The notes beneath the pieces were generated by a model. It did no database searches. It saw only the letters and a list, made by a program, of their open reading frames with translations, and had not been told where the DNA came from. The translations under genes and the position numbers were made by a program. A DNA stretch of 64,000 bases. Source: Amoebophrya sp. A120. Taxonomy: Eukaryota; Protista; Dinoflagellata. This document shows positions 1 through 12,129 of the stretch, piece after piece. How positions within the stretch are numbered: position 1 is the first letter of the stretch; every line of letters starts with the position of its first letter. The stretch spans positions 124,001-188,000 of the forward strand of contig CAJINV010000016.1 in assembly GCA_905178155.1 (NCBI GenBank), in the 5' to 3' direction.

Positions 1-1460
1 TCAGCAGGCGCCGGAAGTCAAACAGCCCCTCGCAGTAGAGCGAGTCGGCGACGATCAAGTCGCAGTCCTGGCCCTGGAAAAGAAACTCCGCGATCCAGTG
101 GCCGAAGGCCTCCTCCCCGTAAATGTTGTCGAAACTCAGCCGCCGCTCCGCCAGCTTTTCCAGGATGTCTTGTTTCGCCTCGTGGCCCACGGGAATTGCT
201 TCGGAGTTGATGAACCGCTTCGGCGCAAGCCGCACGCCCGCCTGGTACAGCTTCTTCAGCACGCTCTTCGGCGGCGTGAAGTCCAGGGCCCGGTAGTCGA
301 GTTGCTCGTCGAGTATGGAGTTCTCAAATGTTACATTCTCAACTGTTGCATGAATTTGCAATGCATGAACGGCAAAAGCGAAAGGGGGACAATTGCGCCT
401 CTAGCATTACAAAATCCGCACAGATTTAAACGCTGTTTAGCCCTCCAGGAATTTGTCATGCGAAGTCGCTTCACCCGACCCTGTGGATGTTGATGTTGAT
501 TTTGCATGACAAATCGTGTGAGCAGTTGAGAATGTAACAGTTGAGAACGCCATATCGAACGCCAGGTCCTTGTGCCCCAGCGGGACCTGCAGCTTGGAGC
601 AGAAGGGGCTAGTTGCGTTCAAGGTGGAAAATTTCATGCGGTCGTTGAAGGTCAATGCGTCCACGTCTTCGGCAACGTAGAGGTTCTTGCCGCCAGTGTG
701 GTCCTCCCGAAGCACGAGTGTGCAGTAGTTGAAAGCGAAGGTTTATCCTGTGCAAAAGCAACATCTTCGCGGAGGTCGTAGTACAAATAAATTGCAATGA
801 TCCTGCAACAAGACAGATGTCTCTCGTATTAAAGGGAAATCAGTATCGTAGACGCCAGCGCCACTTTTCAGATTAGGAATAACAATAAAAACATTTTTCT
901 GTATGCAGTCGTTTCTATGTACTTACTACGAAGATAGCTGCGATGCTTCAACTTTTGCAATGCGTAAAACCACCTCGTACAGCAGGTACCCGTCCCGGTT
1001 CTTCTGGTTGGCCAGGTAAATCATCGCGTCGTATCAAATGCAAAAGTGTCTGGGTCTGGAATATTGCCGGGTTTGTCATGCATATTTTGCATGACCCAGG
1101 ATGTCTGCAATGCACGACCCAGCATCACAGATTTTTAGAGGGCCTTCTGCTGCCTACTCCGCATGACAAATGCCCTCCCCGCGTAGCACAAAATGACCTC
1201 CTCTTGCTGGTCATGCAATGCAGATTTTTCTAGAGTCTAAAGTTAGCGTCACAAGTTGCAACCTTCCAGACCCAGACATTTTTGTAGTTGATACGTCGTA
1301 AGCCTGAGACATCTCCGTCTTGGACGTGCTGAGAAACAGAATCCGGGTCGGTTCGATTTTTCGACTGTCCTTCCGGTCCGCCACATGAAAGGGCAGGGCG
1401 GCAAGGTCGTAGAAATCTGCGTCGGTGACGGTGGTCGGAGAATCGATGTGAGGGCCGTGC
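1..1460 (-). CDS. Hypothetical protein, partial; introner-interrupted and runs off the left edge
   Basis: Removing 1032-1293, 744-966 and 314-554 (each plus 5 nt) gives one open frame: ...KTEMSQAYD|AMIYLANQKNRDGYLLYEV|xFAFNYCTLVLRED...KDLAFD|EQLDYRALDFTPPKSVLKKLYQAG... The 5' end is unresolved and no family was recognised. Confidence 0.6.
314..554. mobile_element. Introner, family E (TATGG..TCTCAAA.GTTACA TIR)
   Basis: TAT...ATA ends; flanks TCGAG/TCGAA. Confidence 0.85.
744..966. mobile_element. Degenerate introner, family F
   Basis: Ends TATCCTGTGCAAAAG...CTTTTGCAATGCGTA. TSD eroded (AGGTT/AAACC), but removing element plus 5 nt keeps the frame. Confidence 0.6.
1032..1293. mobile_element. 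Introner, family A (TATCAAATGCAAAA.TGTCTGGGTCTGGAA TIR)
   Basis: About 30-bp TIR; TSD CGTCG. Confidence 0.9.
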
Positions 1461-1955
1461 TATAAGCGTGCACAACCACTCCTGATCTTGTTGTTTCCCC
1501 ACAACGATTTTTTTCTCATTTCTCATGCAAAACAACAAAGAATTGGGCTGTCAGCATCTGCGTACTTATTTCTATTGGTGGAGGCATCGTCCAGTTCTAC
1601 GCGACGCATGAAGCTGCTATGTAAGCGATACACGACTTCTGCGTTTGCCGCTGTTGCTGCTCATAGGTTTTTGAAATGAGAAAAAAGGAAAAATAAGTAT
1701 TGAAAAAGGTGGTAGTTGTGCCGTCTCATACTCCCGGGACCTTCTTGGGCTTTTGCTTTTTCTTGGCTTTGCTCAGCCTGTACTCGAAGGAATAATATGA
1801 GTGTGAAAAAGACTACTGAAGACTCTTTTACCGGATAATTTGGTGATGTAGTCAATGTCGTGCCTGACAAAATGCATCAAGATCTCGTCTGTGACAAGTT
1901 GTTTCAAGGGTTTGCTAGATGAACTTACTGGGCGGAAAAGGAAAACTGCACACCT

Positions 1956-4900
1956 TCATACTTCTTGCTCGCGCACGACCACATCACAAATCAGTCGGAG
2001 TCGTAGTTCTACTTTATTCTTAGAGGATAGAGCATCCTCGGAAGCCAGATCCTCGGCTCCCCTGCGCAAAGAGGCGGACCCGCGGCCACCCATCGACATG
2101 TTGGGCGCGAAGCTCGCGGCCCCCGGTGCAGCCATGGCCGCGCTCTCCGGGATGTCAAAGCTTTCCGGGGGCAGAAGCGGGATCACAGACTGCACCACCT
2201 CGTCGTCGTCGGTTGCAAAGCTGGCGGAAACCGGCCCGTCTTCCCGATCGCCAGACTTTATCAAGTGTAAAAATGTCTGGGTCTGAAAGAATGCAACTTG
2301 TCATGCTAAATCTGAAGCATGCAAAAATCTGTGTTGCATGATGGCCACAAGTCGTCAAGTTTTGACCAAGTCGGGAGGGAGCTTCTCATGCAGGATAGGC
2401 ATGAAGAGAGAGATCGCACAGGATCTGTCATGCTAGGCGCTGCATTCCAGACCTCATGGATCATGGAGAAGCTGCATGACAAATCGCGCACTCTTCCAGA
2501 CCCAGACACTTTTGCATTTGATAGACTTACTGCCCATGCCAAACATGGACATTAGTTTGTCCATGGTTATCCTATGTAAAAACGTCCCCACACGTTAGTC
2601 AAGATGGGGATTGGCTAGACAAATCCACAAGCTTTGGCTGTTTTGCATGACAAATTTGGACTCATAGTGTAGTGCTGTTTATTGAGGTAGTTCAGCAGCA
2701 TCAAAGATCTAGTATATGATCATTCGGATCGGAGCATAACAAATTCCAAAACACGACTAAAAGATCCTTCTCATGGGGATCCGCATGAGAAACATATTCC
2801 AGCATGCAGATTTGCATTTACAACTATACGGTGGGGACGTTTTTAAATACCATAATGGTACCCAGTTCCTCTTTGACTTCGCGCACGACCGCGCTGGGCA
2901 CCGTGGACACCGGCATCGTGCTGTACACCGGCATAGAGAGATATGCGGAGGGAGAATTCTTTTTCTACTGTACACGCTACGTTGTAGAAGTAGAGGCTGC
3001 AAAGAAATCAAGCATGCGCATGGCAAGACTGTCAACTTCAAGCTTAAACAAAAATGTAAAGTAAGCTGTCATGCTGGTACTTAAGCAAGACCTAGGCCTC
3101 TTGTCGTGCTGTCTTCCCCTGCTTGATTCTCTTTTCTACGTGCGGTACTGTAGAAAAATTAAAATTTTTTTTCCGTTGATAACTTCGGCGTCCTTGACTG
3201 GTAATCGCTCAAGAACTCGTGCACGGACACGCCCTGCGCGGCCCGATTCGGTTATGCATTGCAAATATGTCTGGATCCGGAAGACCGCAACTTGTCATGC
3301 TACATCTGGATCATGGAAAAATTTGTATTGCATGCTTACCAAAAGAGGTCCACTTTTGAGCAAATTCAAGGGCAGTTACTCATGCAAGAAAGGCATGATA
3401 GAGATCTCACAGAACCTGTCATGCTAGGCCGTGCAGGGCAGAGCGCGTGAGTCATGGAAAATCTGCATGACAAACCTAGCAATCTTCCAGACCCAGACAT
3501 TTTTGCATTTGATATCAGTCGCGCTTGTTCAAAATCGTCAAACGCCCCCGCTTCCAGGCCGAACATCGATTCATCGCCCGCCGCCATGGCGTTGGCCGTC
3601 CGGTAGCGGCTCGGTGCGTTATGAATGTGCACAACTCCCCCTCCCCCTCATTTGTATAGCAACATGAACGGCAATACAAGCATCAGCAAGAGTGCCGGTT
3701 TTTGCATGACAAATTTGCACTGGATTATAGTGCTATTCGGGCTACCACAGGAGCTTGTCATGCAAACAATGCCAAGAGGTAAAGGGTGAGTTGGGTATTT
3801 TGCATGACAATTGAGGAGGAGGGGGAGTTGTGCACTGTCATATGCGTTAGCGGGCCGGTACTTGCGCTTCGGCTCCATCCGGTGCAGCACCTGCATGAAG
3901 AACAGAAGAGTGCTATCCTGAGTAAAAACGCACCCACACTAGAGTCAGGATGGGGATTCTGCAACACAAACCTAGAAGCTTTGTAAGTCACGCATGACAA
4001 GTTGCGCTATGCAGTGTCGTGCAGGTTAGCAAGTGCAGCCGCGCCACAGATTCGTCTGCTCATCCTGTTCACAGCATCACAAATTCCAAAACACGATTGG
4101 AAATGGCTCTCATGGGGATGCGCATTACAAGTCTTCCAGTCTTTGCAAATCTGCATTACAACTCTGGTGTGGGTACGTTTTTACTCAGGATAAATGCCAA
4201 GAAACCCCACCACGCACACCAAAATCGTCAGCCCCACGTCGGTGGAGCAGCTGCATTTGTCCCAGTTGTTCCCCCCGTTTGGAAGCAAGTCCGCGACCCT
4301 GGTGGAAACGGAAGAGGTGACGAGGGGTGACGTGCCGTGGCGATAGGAAAAAGTCCTTTCTGGTTGCTCGTCATCTCTGGCAAAATTCTCGTCAGCGGGG
4401 GCAGAAGCAGCGGCGCGAGGATCATTTTGCGTTTGTTCTTGCGGATCACCATCATGATCTTGGTCGTCGCCGTGATCGAGAAGAACTCCGCCGTGGACCT
4501 CTTGTCCTGCGTGGGCGGCTTGCTGCTGCTGCAAGGCGATGTTTTCGTCGTCGTCGTTAGGTGCATTCGGTGCTCCTGCAGCTGAACCTCGTCTCCTCGG
4601 CTGCGGCTGCTGATTGCTGCGGACCTGCAGGAATTGTTTCGGGGAGGTGTTGAACTTCAGCTTGCGCGGACGGACGTATTGCTCGAAAAAGTTCGATGCC
4701 GTGTTTGCCGTGGTCTCCAGGAAATGCTGCACGGGCGATATTGCAGTGAAAAATGCCCCCACCCCCAAAGTTGCAAAAATTTGTGACGCGAAGTTTCCAA
4801 ATGGAAACTTTTTGTCATGCATGAAAGGAGTATGAATCTTTCTGATGCAGAGTCTAGGCGTGTATCGCAGCGATTACATGACAAGCGCCGCTCTTGCTGG

Positions 4901-5150
4901 GGTCTTTTGCACTACAAATTTTTGCTATTCACGATTCGAAACCTGCGATGCTGGTAGATGGAAGAGGGCGAGTGTTTCATTTGGAAAGGTTTGCAACACA
5001 AATCTCCCAAGTTCGGGGGTGGGGGCATTTTTCATTGTAGTAGGCGAGTGGTAGGCCGCGGAGCTTACGGAGGAGCCGGGCGTTGTGTGGGGGGAATGGG
5101 AATCAACGTCTGTAGTTGCTGCTGGGTGGGAGTTGTGCTGGTTTATTTCG
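1956..5150 (-). CDS. Single-pass membrane protein, paralog of 32571-33976; 6 introners
   Basis: Spliced: ...KCSCSTDVGLTILVCVVGFLG|xLLFFMQVLHRMEPKRKYRPANA|PSRYR...SDYQSRTP...MPVYSTMPVSTVPSAVVREVKEELGTM|DKLMSMFGMGSKS|GDRED... The junction at about 2965-3185 and both ends are uncertain. Confidence 0.6.
2259..2523. mobile_element. Introner, family A
   Basis: TIR; TSD GACTT. Confidence 0.9.
2568..2854. mobile_element. Introner, family B (TATC....GTAAAAACGTCCCCAC TIR)
   Basis: TIR; TSD ATGGT. Confidence 0.9.
3253..3514. mobile_element. Introner, family A
   Basis: TIR; flanks TCGGT/TCAGT. Confidence 0.85.
3620..3842. mobile_element. Introner, family C (TATGA..GTGCACAACTCCCCCTCC TIR)
   Basis: TIR; TSD TGCGT; inverted copy at 38424. 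Confidence 0.9.
3914..4192. mobile_element. Introner, family B
   Basis: TIR TATCCTGAGTAAAAACG; flanks AGTGC/AATGC. Confidence 0.85.
4739..5042. mobile_element. Introner, family D (TA.T.CA.TGAAAAATGCCCCCACCCCC TIR)
   Basis: TIR; TSD GGCGA; right end is GTA. Confidence 0.85.
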
Positions 5151-5739
5151 GCAACTTCCAGCGGTGTTTATGGTGTGGAAAATCACCACAAGAACTTTGC
5201 TTTCTTTGCTCAACTTGCATGTAATGACTGCACTGAGGTGGAAGAGGATGCATGTGGTTGCACACGCAGGCGCACATTTCATGAAAATTATACTTGAGAA
5301 TGCAAAAAGTTTTGGAATTCAACAACGTGTTGTGTAGTCACATACATACAAATTCAGGGTAAATAAATATGATGCAAGTGATGTGATTCTCCAACATCTC
5401 GGGATACCTGCCCGGAGGTGTCCACTTCTTCTGCCATGTTTCCAGCGACGTCAGCTTTCATTCAGATTTGCGCAAGAACGAGAGTGAAATTTGTTCTGCT
5501 ACTGCTTAAAAACCAAATAAAAGGAGTAACGGAAGTACAACAACTCATCGGAAGGTTTAATATCAAGAAGTATGAAAATCTTCAGCACATTCACATATTA
5601 GTTGACAATCCCAGAAAATAGACCGTGTGAGGAGAAGCGCAACAGCTACGCGTGTCGTGCCCTGAACCGGGTGTGGCTCAAGTAGAGTACAGCGAGCTGC
5701 TTTTCAAGACTTCGCAACCTAACTGGGAGGTGGGTCACG

Positions 5740-6750
5740 GTCCATCGACTTCTGCGTAATGTCACTGTTTTTTTTTCTTCTTCGCAAATAGTGTGAGCAG
5801 TCTTGATTTGTATAAGAATTGACAGACACTTCGACGTGATGCACTGGCACTGGCTTTGTCCCGAAAACAATTCAGATGTAAAAAAATGCCATCCACGAAG
5901 ACACCAAGTACGCGACAACTCGACCGCGTACCTACAACCGAAAAAGCTTTTCAATGTCTGAAACCAGAAGTAGCAAAGAACCGATAGTACTGAAATATGA
6001 AAGAATACTCGCAAAGCAACGGATGTAATGTTGTTGACCGACCACCGAGAAAATGTAAAAACTGCTCCTGAGTAGAGGACGCGCTCAAGAATCACGTTGT
6101 CACAGAAACACGACGACCGCGACCGATACCGTCCTCCTTCTTTCATGTGCGAAATACATGCAGTGGCGGGTGACTATCAGAACGACGACCGAAAATGCTC
6201 GAGCTCTAACACCACGAGGACCGAACAAGAATAAACAGGAATACAAGCACGACCAGCAGCTGCTCCTGTGCTACATTTTTATCGGCTTCGGCAGTTAGAG
6301 ATCACAACGGAATTATGGTCTTCAACATCGACGACAACTAGTGCCACCGCCAGTCCAAGCAAAAATCAAAGATGCTGCAGTAGCGAACCACGCTCGTACG
6401 TGGATGCTGATATCAGCGGGTTTTTCTTCTTTCACCTGTGGACTTTTGCTAATATTTCACAGGCAGCAGCAGGTTTCCACGCCTGTACGAAAGCACAAGC
6501 AACAGCTGCAGGCTTTCTTTACATAACTACACGAGCTGCAGCAGCTGAGTCCCACTTTGACGGCAGAAAATAACTTTTGGGGCGCCGGACCTAAGGACCA
6601 CCCGGCCGGGTGGTCCATAAGTCCGGCGCGGACCTAGTACGGATTAGGTTTGTGACCGTCCTCTAATCCCTGCGAAATATTTTGTGGCGCTTTGCTCTAG
6701 CTCAAGCTCAGCTGTGAAGCGAACCCAGTAGGAGAACCAGCTCGCTTTTT
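5740..6750. repeat. Segmental duplicate of about 16012-16805 (upstream region of array gene A)
   Basis: Long shared stretches such as AAAGCTTTTCAATGTCTGAAACCAGAAGTAGCAAAGAACCGATAGTACTG and CTCTAGCTCAAGCTCAGC. Confidence 0.85.
6582..6629. repeat. 48-bp near-perfect palindrome
   Basis: GCGCCGGACCTAAGGACCACCCGG|CCGGGTGGTCCATAAGTCCGGCGC. Confidence 0.85.
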
Positions 6751-6839
6751 ACCATTTCTTTTGAAGAGCAACTGATTTGATGACAAATCGTGTCTCTACT
6801 AGACAAAACTGCGCTCCTTTCCCGAAGCAAGTGTGCCAA

Positions 6840-9800
6840 ACATCAATGATCTTTGGCACTCAATGCAAATTGTAGGTAGGGCCCCGCAAGGCTAGGAGCA
6901 AGATCAAGACGTGCTATATTAGAGCTTGGACGCCCATTAGTTTTAAGGCCGGCGAGTTTGCAGTGATTTTTGACGGCGGTCCTGTGTCGCCATTTGTCTT
7001 TTAGGGTAGTCGTGGTCTGCGAAATGGGGGGCAAAAATAAACAGAAGTCGCCCCGCCCTCAGGCTGCCGGCCCCGGGCAAGCTACCCAGTTTGAAACTGG
7101 CGTAAAAAAGCATTAACGTAAAAGCAGAAAGGCGGGCAGGGGAATACGCAAAAGCGACGGCGGGAAAGCCTAGAGGATAGACACGGCACACGGCCAACAC
7201 AGCCAGGGGGCGAACGCAGGAAGTGGCCAGGGCCGCGCGAGGACAACCGGGGCCGGCTACCCCCGACCCCATCGCGCCCCTGCCTTCTGCGCCAGATCGC
7301 GAAGCGGAACCGGGGACCGAAGCGGAATGGATGGAGCGAGGAGGCCCCAATGGCCCGGGCAAATATAGGCAACACTGGGAACGGCGCTGGCACAACGCCA
7401 ACCGGGAATCAGAAGCAAAATCCGCCAAGGATCAAGAGGAGACAACGCAAGGGCCCGGCGGGCTGCGCCGAAAAAACCTAGATCGCAAAAACGGCGCCCA
7501 AAACCAAAAGCCCCGGGCCCCCCGGATCTCGCCCAACCCACCCCCAAAAAGTTGCAGCCTTTTCTGCTTTCTCCAGCTTGGGTCTCCGGTGTGGTTAGTG
7601 GTTTAGTTCATTTCTAATTTTTGTTTAATTGGCGGTTTAGTTTTGCATTAAAATTTGCATTAATTTGCTTCCAAGGCGCTTCCTTCCCGAAAACGCCTAT
7701 GAAGTAAATTAGTGCAATTTTATTGCACAAATTATTGCGCCAATTAATGCGATCACTAATCCGCGACCATCCTCCGCGGATGGTCGCGGAGGGATTAATC
7801 CGGAAAAGGTGGGACGCTGGCGGACGACAAGCTCTGCAATCCGGGCGGAAACTCGCGGAGCGAAGACTCGGGGCCCTGCACATGAACGACCGGCAAGAGA
7901 ACCCCGATAAGGCTGCACGCCCCCGCCAAGCCAAAGGGAGAGAACAACCACCCCAAGCGCCGCCCATAAGACAACCAGGCGGCAGAACAACTCGAAAAGG
8001 AGCAAGGCGGCCCGAGAGGGAGTTGGGCCGCGAAAGCGGCGCTCCTTCTGTTGGACAACACACGAAGCGGCGCCCATGCTGGGAAAATAGGGGAAAATAT
8101 ACAAAGGACCCGGTGGACGGGGGGCCAAAAACACGAACACCGAGCGCACCACCTCCCCCGGGGAAACCGAGGCCGGGGCGCCTTTCCGGGTTACCGAAAA
8201 CAAAAGCGCCCGGGCAGACCAAGAAAAAGGACCCAGGCCAAAAAGTCCGCGCGCTTTGAGATTACTGCTTTTATTTTGATGCCGATTCTAATCATCGAAA
8301 TTTGCCAGGGCCTGGCTGCCTGGCCGCCCGTTGTGCTCCCCGGCGTGGATCGCTCCGCGTGGATGAAAATCCTCGCCGCGCAACACCCTTGGCAGGCCCC
8401 AACTTTTCTTGTTCTCTTTTGTTGAATTTGGGTCGTTTGGTGGCATCATGACTTTGAAGAATTCAACTTCACCGCCCAGCTTCAGCGTCTCAATTTTGGG
8501 CAAGAAAAACAAATGGAAAACAGCAATACCATCGGGAAAGGGCTGGCTTTGAAAGCCAATCACCGTCATGCTATGGCGATGATGATTCTTTCGTGAAAAA
8601 TCATCGATGCGTAGCGCCATGCTGTTTGGCGCCAAAAACCCGCTTAAAAGGACCCCCGTTCTCGATGGTATGCTGCGACCGGTGAGCTTGGCGGTGAATT
8701 TAAAAACGGGATGCCGCTGAATTTAGGAAATCGCGGGCGCCCGATGAGTTTAGGTTTCACCGAACTGATTCTGGATTCCAGGCAGACCATCCAAAAACCA
8801 GCATGCGTTTTGCCTTTCGTTTCTAAATTCACCGGAGCCGGAAAACCAAATCCAAAACGACTGCCGCGCATTTGCTTCAGAAAATGCCGAACCTTTGGCG
8901 CAGTCGCGCACAAATACGAAAGCAGCAAAATCCAAAGACGTCACAAGGTCGCGCGAGGCATTGAACTTCTATGATAGATTTGCCGAAGCAGAAGGCATCT
9001 GGAAGATCCAGACCCCCGAACCCGACCAACCACCCGAAGCACTCAGAAAACCGAAAGAACCACGCGAAGCTACTTCGCAACTCATCAGCCTAGGGGTAGG
9101 GCGCTGACAATGCAGCTAGACACTGCGGCGCCCCATCCCGCTTGTTTTTTTTGCTTGAAAAATTCCGCCACAACCGGAAGCCTGTTGGAATTTAAGTCCC
9201 TACGGCTTGCCCGTCGGGTGGATGTCGATACTTCCGGGAGGAAATATTCGCAGAACCACTTGCCAAATTCTTGCAGACCCCTAAAATCACTTGAAATTCA
9301 CCGTCCGCAGAGAAATCTAATGGCCATCCAAGCTGTAAGTGCTATATAATCTGCATAGCGCGATAAATTCAAATATGATGAATGTATTCTGTTCGACGTT
9401 ATCGAATTCCCTTTTTCGACCTCTCAGATAAATTTAAATAGAAATGAAGATGAAGTATTGAGAGATACAGATTTTTTTTTTGAAAGAGCGTTGTTGTCAG
9501 TGAAGCCAAAAATAATAAAACGTCCGTTCGTGATCGTATACATATTTCAGCTTCTTGATTTTCAGCAGGTCCAGGTCGTAGTGATGAGGGCTATAGCGCC
9601 GCAGTTCTTATTATTATTTTCGCATGGGCGTGTCTTCGTTCCCATGTGCGTGCCTTCGTTCCCCCCCCCACACACGCCTCGACATCTTTCATACTCCCCT
9701 GCGCGAGTATGAGAAACAGAAAGGGGGGGTGGGTGCCTCCCATAGGCAAAGAACCTGGGCCGTGCGAGGTGCCATCGCCCGTGCCGGGAGGCGCTGCTCA

Positions 9801-11200
9801 CAGGTGGACAAGGACCGGGAAGACGGCCTCGCCGCCGGCAAGCCCCGCCCCTAGGCATCGGTGGCGGCAGGTCGCTAGCCTACGGGAGCCGCCCTGCTGC
9901 GACATGCAGATGGCTGCGAGCGCCCTCGGGAGACTGGCTGCCCCTATGTCGGGAGACGGTGCCTGGGAGCCGGCGCAGGGCAATCCCAGCCGAAACATCT
10001 GCGCCACTGCGGCCCCAAACACTTGAAACGCGAGTGGAGTCGCCCCACCCAAAAATCGAAGCACCGACGGTCGCTCGGCCCTGGCCCGTGCGGCGATTTA
10101 CCTGCGCAACTTTCTAGGCGGGCCACCGAACGGGCCGCGGGGGGGCCGCCTGGTCAGTCGGTGCGCAAGGCCTTGGGCGCAGGCCCAAATCGCAGCCGGG
10201 GCGGGGCGCGAGGGTTGGGACAGACCAGGACAGGCAGGGCGGGATGGAAAGCATCGAACGCGGCGGCCGCGGCACATACAAATATATAGCGCCGCGCTTC
10301 TGCGCGCCATTACAGAGCAAGGGGCCAACAGACGCGCCTGGGCGGGCGAATGGTCGGCAGCGAGCTGCAAGCACGCGCGGCACACGTCTGCGCTGCTGTG
10401 AGGAGGCGTCTGCCATCGCCCTCGGCCTGCCTCGACCGGATATCGCCAAAGAAAAACGCAAAAAATGAGGCCGATTCTTAAAAATTTGCGAGAGTCCTGC
10501 CCCTGTTTTTCATCAAAAATCACAAAAGAAAACGGCACTTCGGCTAAGTCCAACAATTCCGCCGCCGCAAAACATCGCGCTTTTGCGCACTTTCCTATTG
10601 CAACCTTGAAGCAACGCAGCGAAGCAGGAGCAAAGAGAAGTAGTAGGCCGAGGGCAGTAGATAGAAGCAGTTCTAGTTTCTCTTTTCTATAGTTGGCAAC
10701 TATTTCTCTAAGCGCTGAGAGCTTTTTTTTGACTCCTTCAGGTTTCACCCTGTCAAACGGGATCGCCAGCAGCAAACTCCTGGCGCGTGTCTTAATGTGG
10801 TCGCGCATGAAGTACGCTGAGGAGCGAACAGAAAAAGCTACGCAGACATACATACCCAACACACAAACCAAGTCCCAAAGTAAAATCGCAACGCACAACA
10901 CGCAAGGACTGTGGGCGAAGTTGCGAGGGGACCAACGCGAGGACCAGGCGGAACTGCAAAACATGATGGGCCAAGGCGATGCCTGCAGGGAGAGGGCGTC
11001 TCGAATGCATACGATAGAGAATTCGCGGCCACCACATTCGTCGACGCATTCAGAATCCGCCTCTCCTGATTCTATCCATAAGCTTGACTCTAGTATCTTG
11101 ATTCTACTCATTATTCTGATTCCACTATACCGAAACCGGTTCCACTTGTAGTCTGATTCCATTAGTCTGCTTCCGTTTACTAGGTCTGATTCCCTCTCTT
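6840..11200. other. Unresolved GC-rich, homopolymer-rich segment; possibly a decayed mobile element or low-quality assembly
   Basis: Composition shift, no introners, fragmented ORFs with no recognisable domain. Confidence 0.25.
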
Positions 11201-12129
11201 GCCATTATTTCCCACCACTACAGTCGATTCCATTTTCCATCTGCTGAAGATGTTTTTCCGATACCGACAGCCTAAGCACCGGGAGCCAGTTTTTACCTTT
11301 CGCGGCTTCGGTATGGGTGTGCCAGGATTGAAATCGACAAACGTGAAATAACTTGCAATGCATAAAATGGATTAAAGTTGTGACCCAGTTTCCAAGTGGC
11401 GCATGACATAAACAGACTGTGCTACTGCGGGCGAGACATTGCGTATCAGGTGAATTGATCAACCCGAAGACGCCGCCTCCCCGGGCCCTACGGACCTGGC
11501 ACTCCCAACTACAAATTTGGGTAGAACCGAAATCCAGGTTGCCATGGTGTTTGGGTAAGGGCGACGCCTTTTGTCATGCTACTTGAGCAGCTCAGTTTCT
11601 TTTTCTACCCCTCAACAGGCTTGCAATTTGCCTCACTTGCCTACTCTGGAACACAGGCACTTTCTTTGTGGGCTGCATTTTATGCATGGCAAACTATCAA
11701 CATCAACTCTGACAATTTCAATCCTGACTCTCCCATATTCGGTTTCCGAGTGCCCAGTCACTGATGTGGCTGAGAGTGAACGATGGACGAGGTGCGGCAC
11801 TCTTGGGTGATCCATACCCGCCCCGCCTTTGCCATAGAGTCCCTGGAAATTCCGAATGAACTTGTCTCTGTATGATTGTATTTTGCGAAGGTCCTCTATC
11901 GTGAGAAAAAAGCGTAATACGGTTACACACTCTGATAGGAGAGGACAAGTAAGACAGACCACCTCTGTCATGGAAGACCAGAAAATAATGCTTGCCAACC
12001 TCATTTCATGATGCGTGTTTTCCCTTATAGTCCTCTGCTCATCTACTTCACAGGTTTTCTTTGGCATGCCGAGCAAGAACTTTGTGATGCAGGAAGTCCA
12101 ACTACAAATGTGTAACTGTTACAGCACTT

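Noticed and set aside
6694-6712. Dinoflagellate spliced-leader relic (GCTCAAG)
   Set aside because: Only 7 nt match; the CCGTAGCCATTTTG portion is absent.
8288-9349. Reverse transcriptase (RIDDF) or transposase relic as the autonomous partner of the introners
   Set aside because: No further RT or DDE motifs and no introner-type TIRs bounding it.
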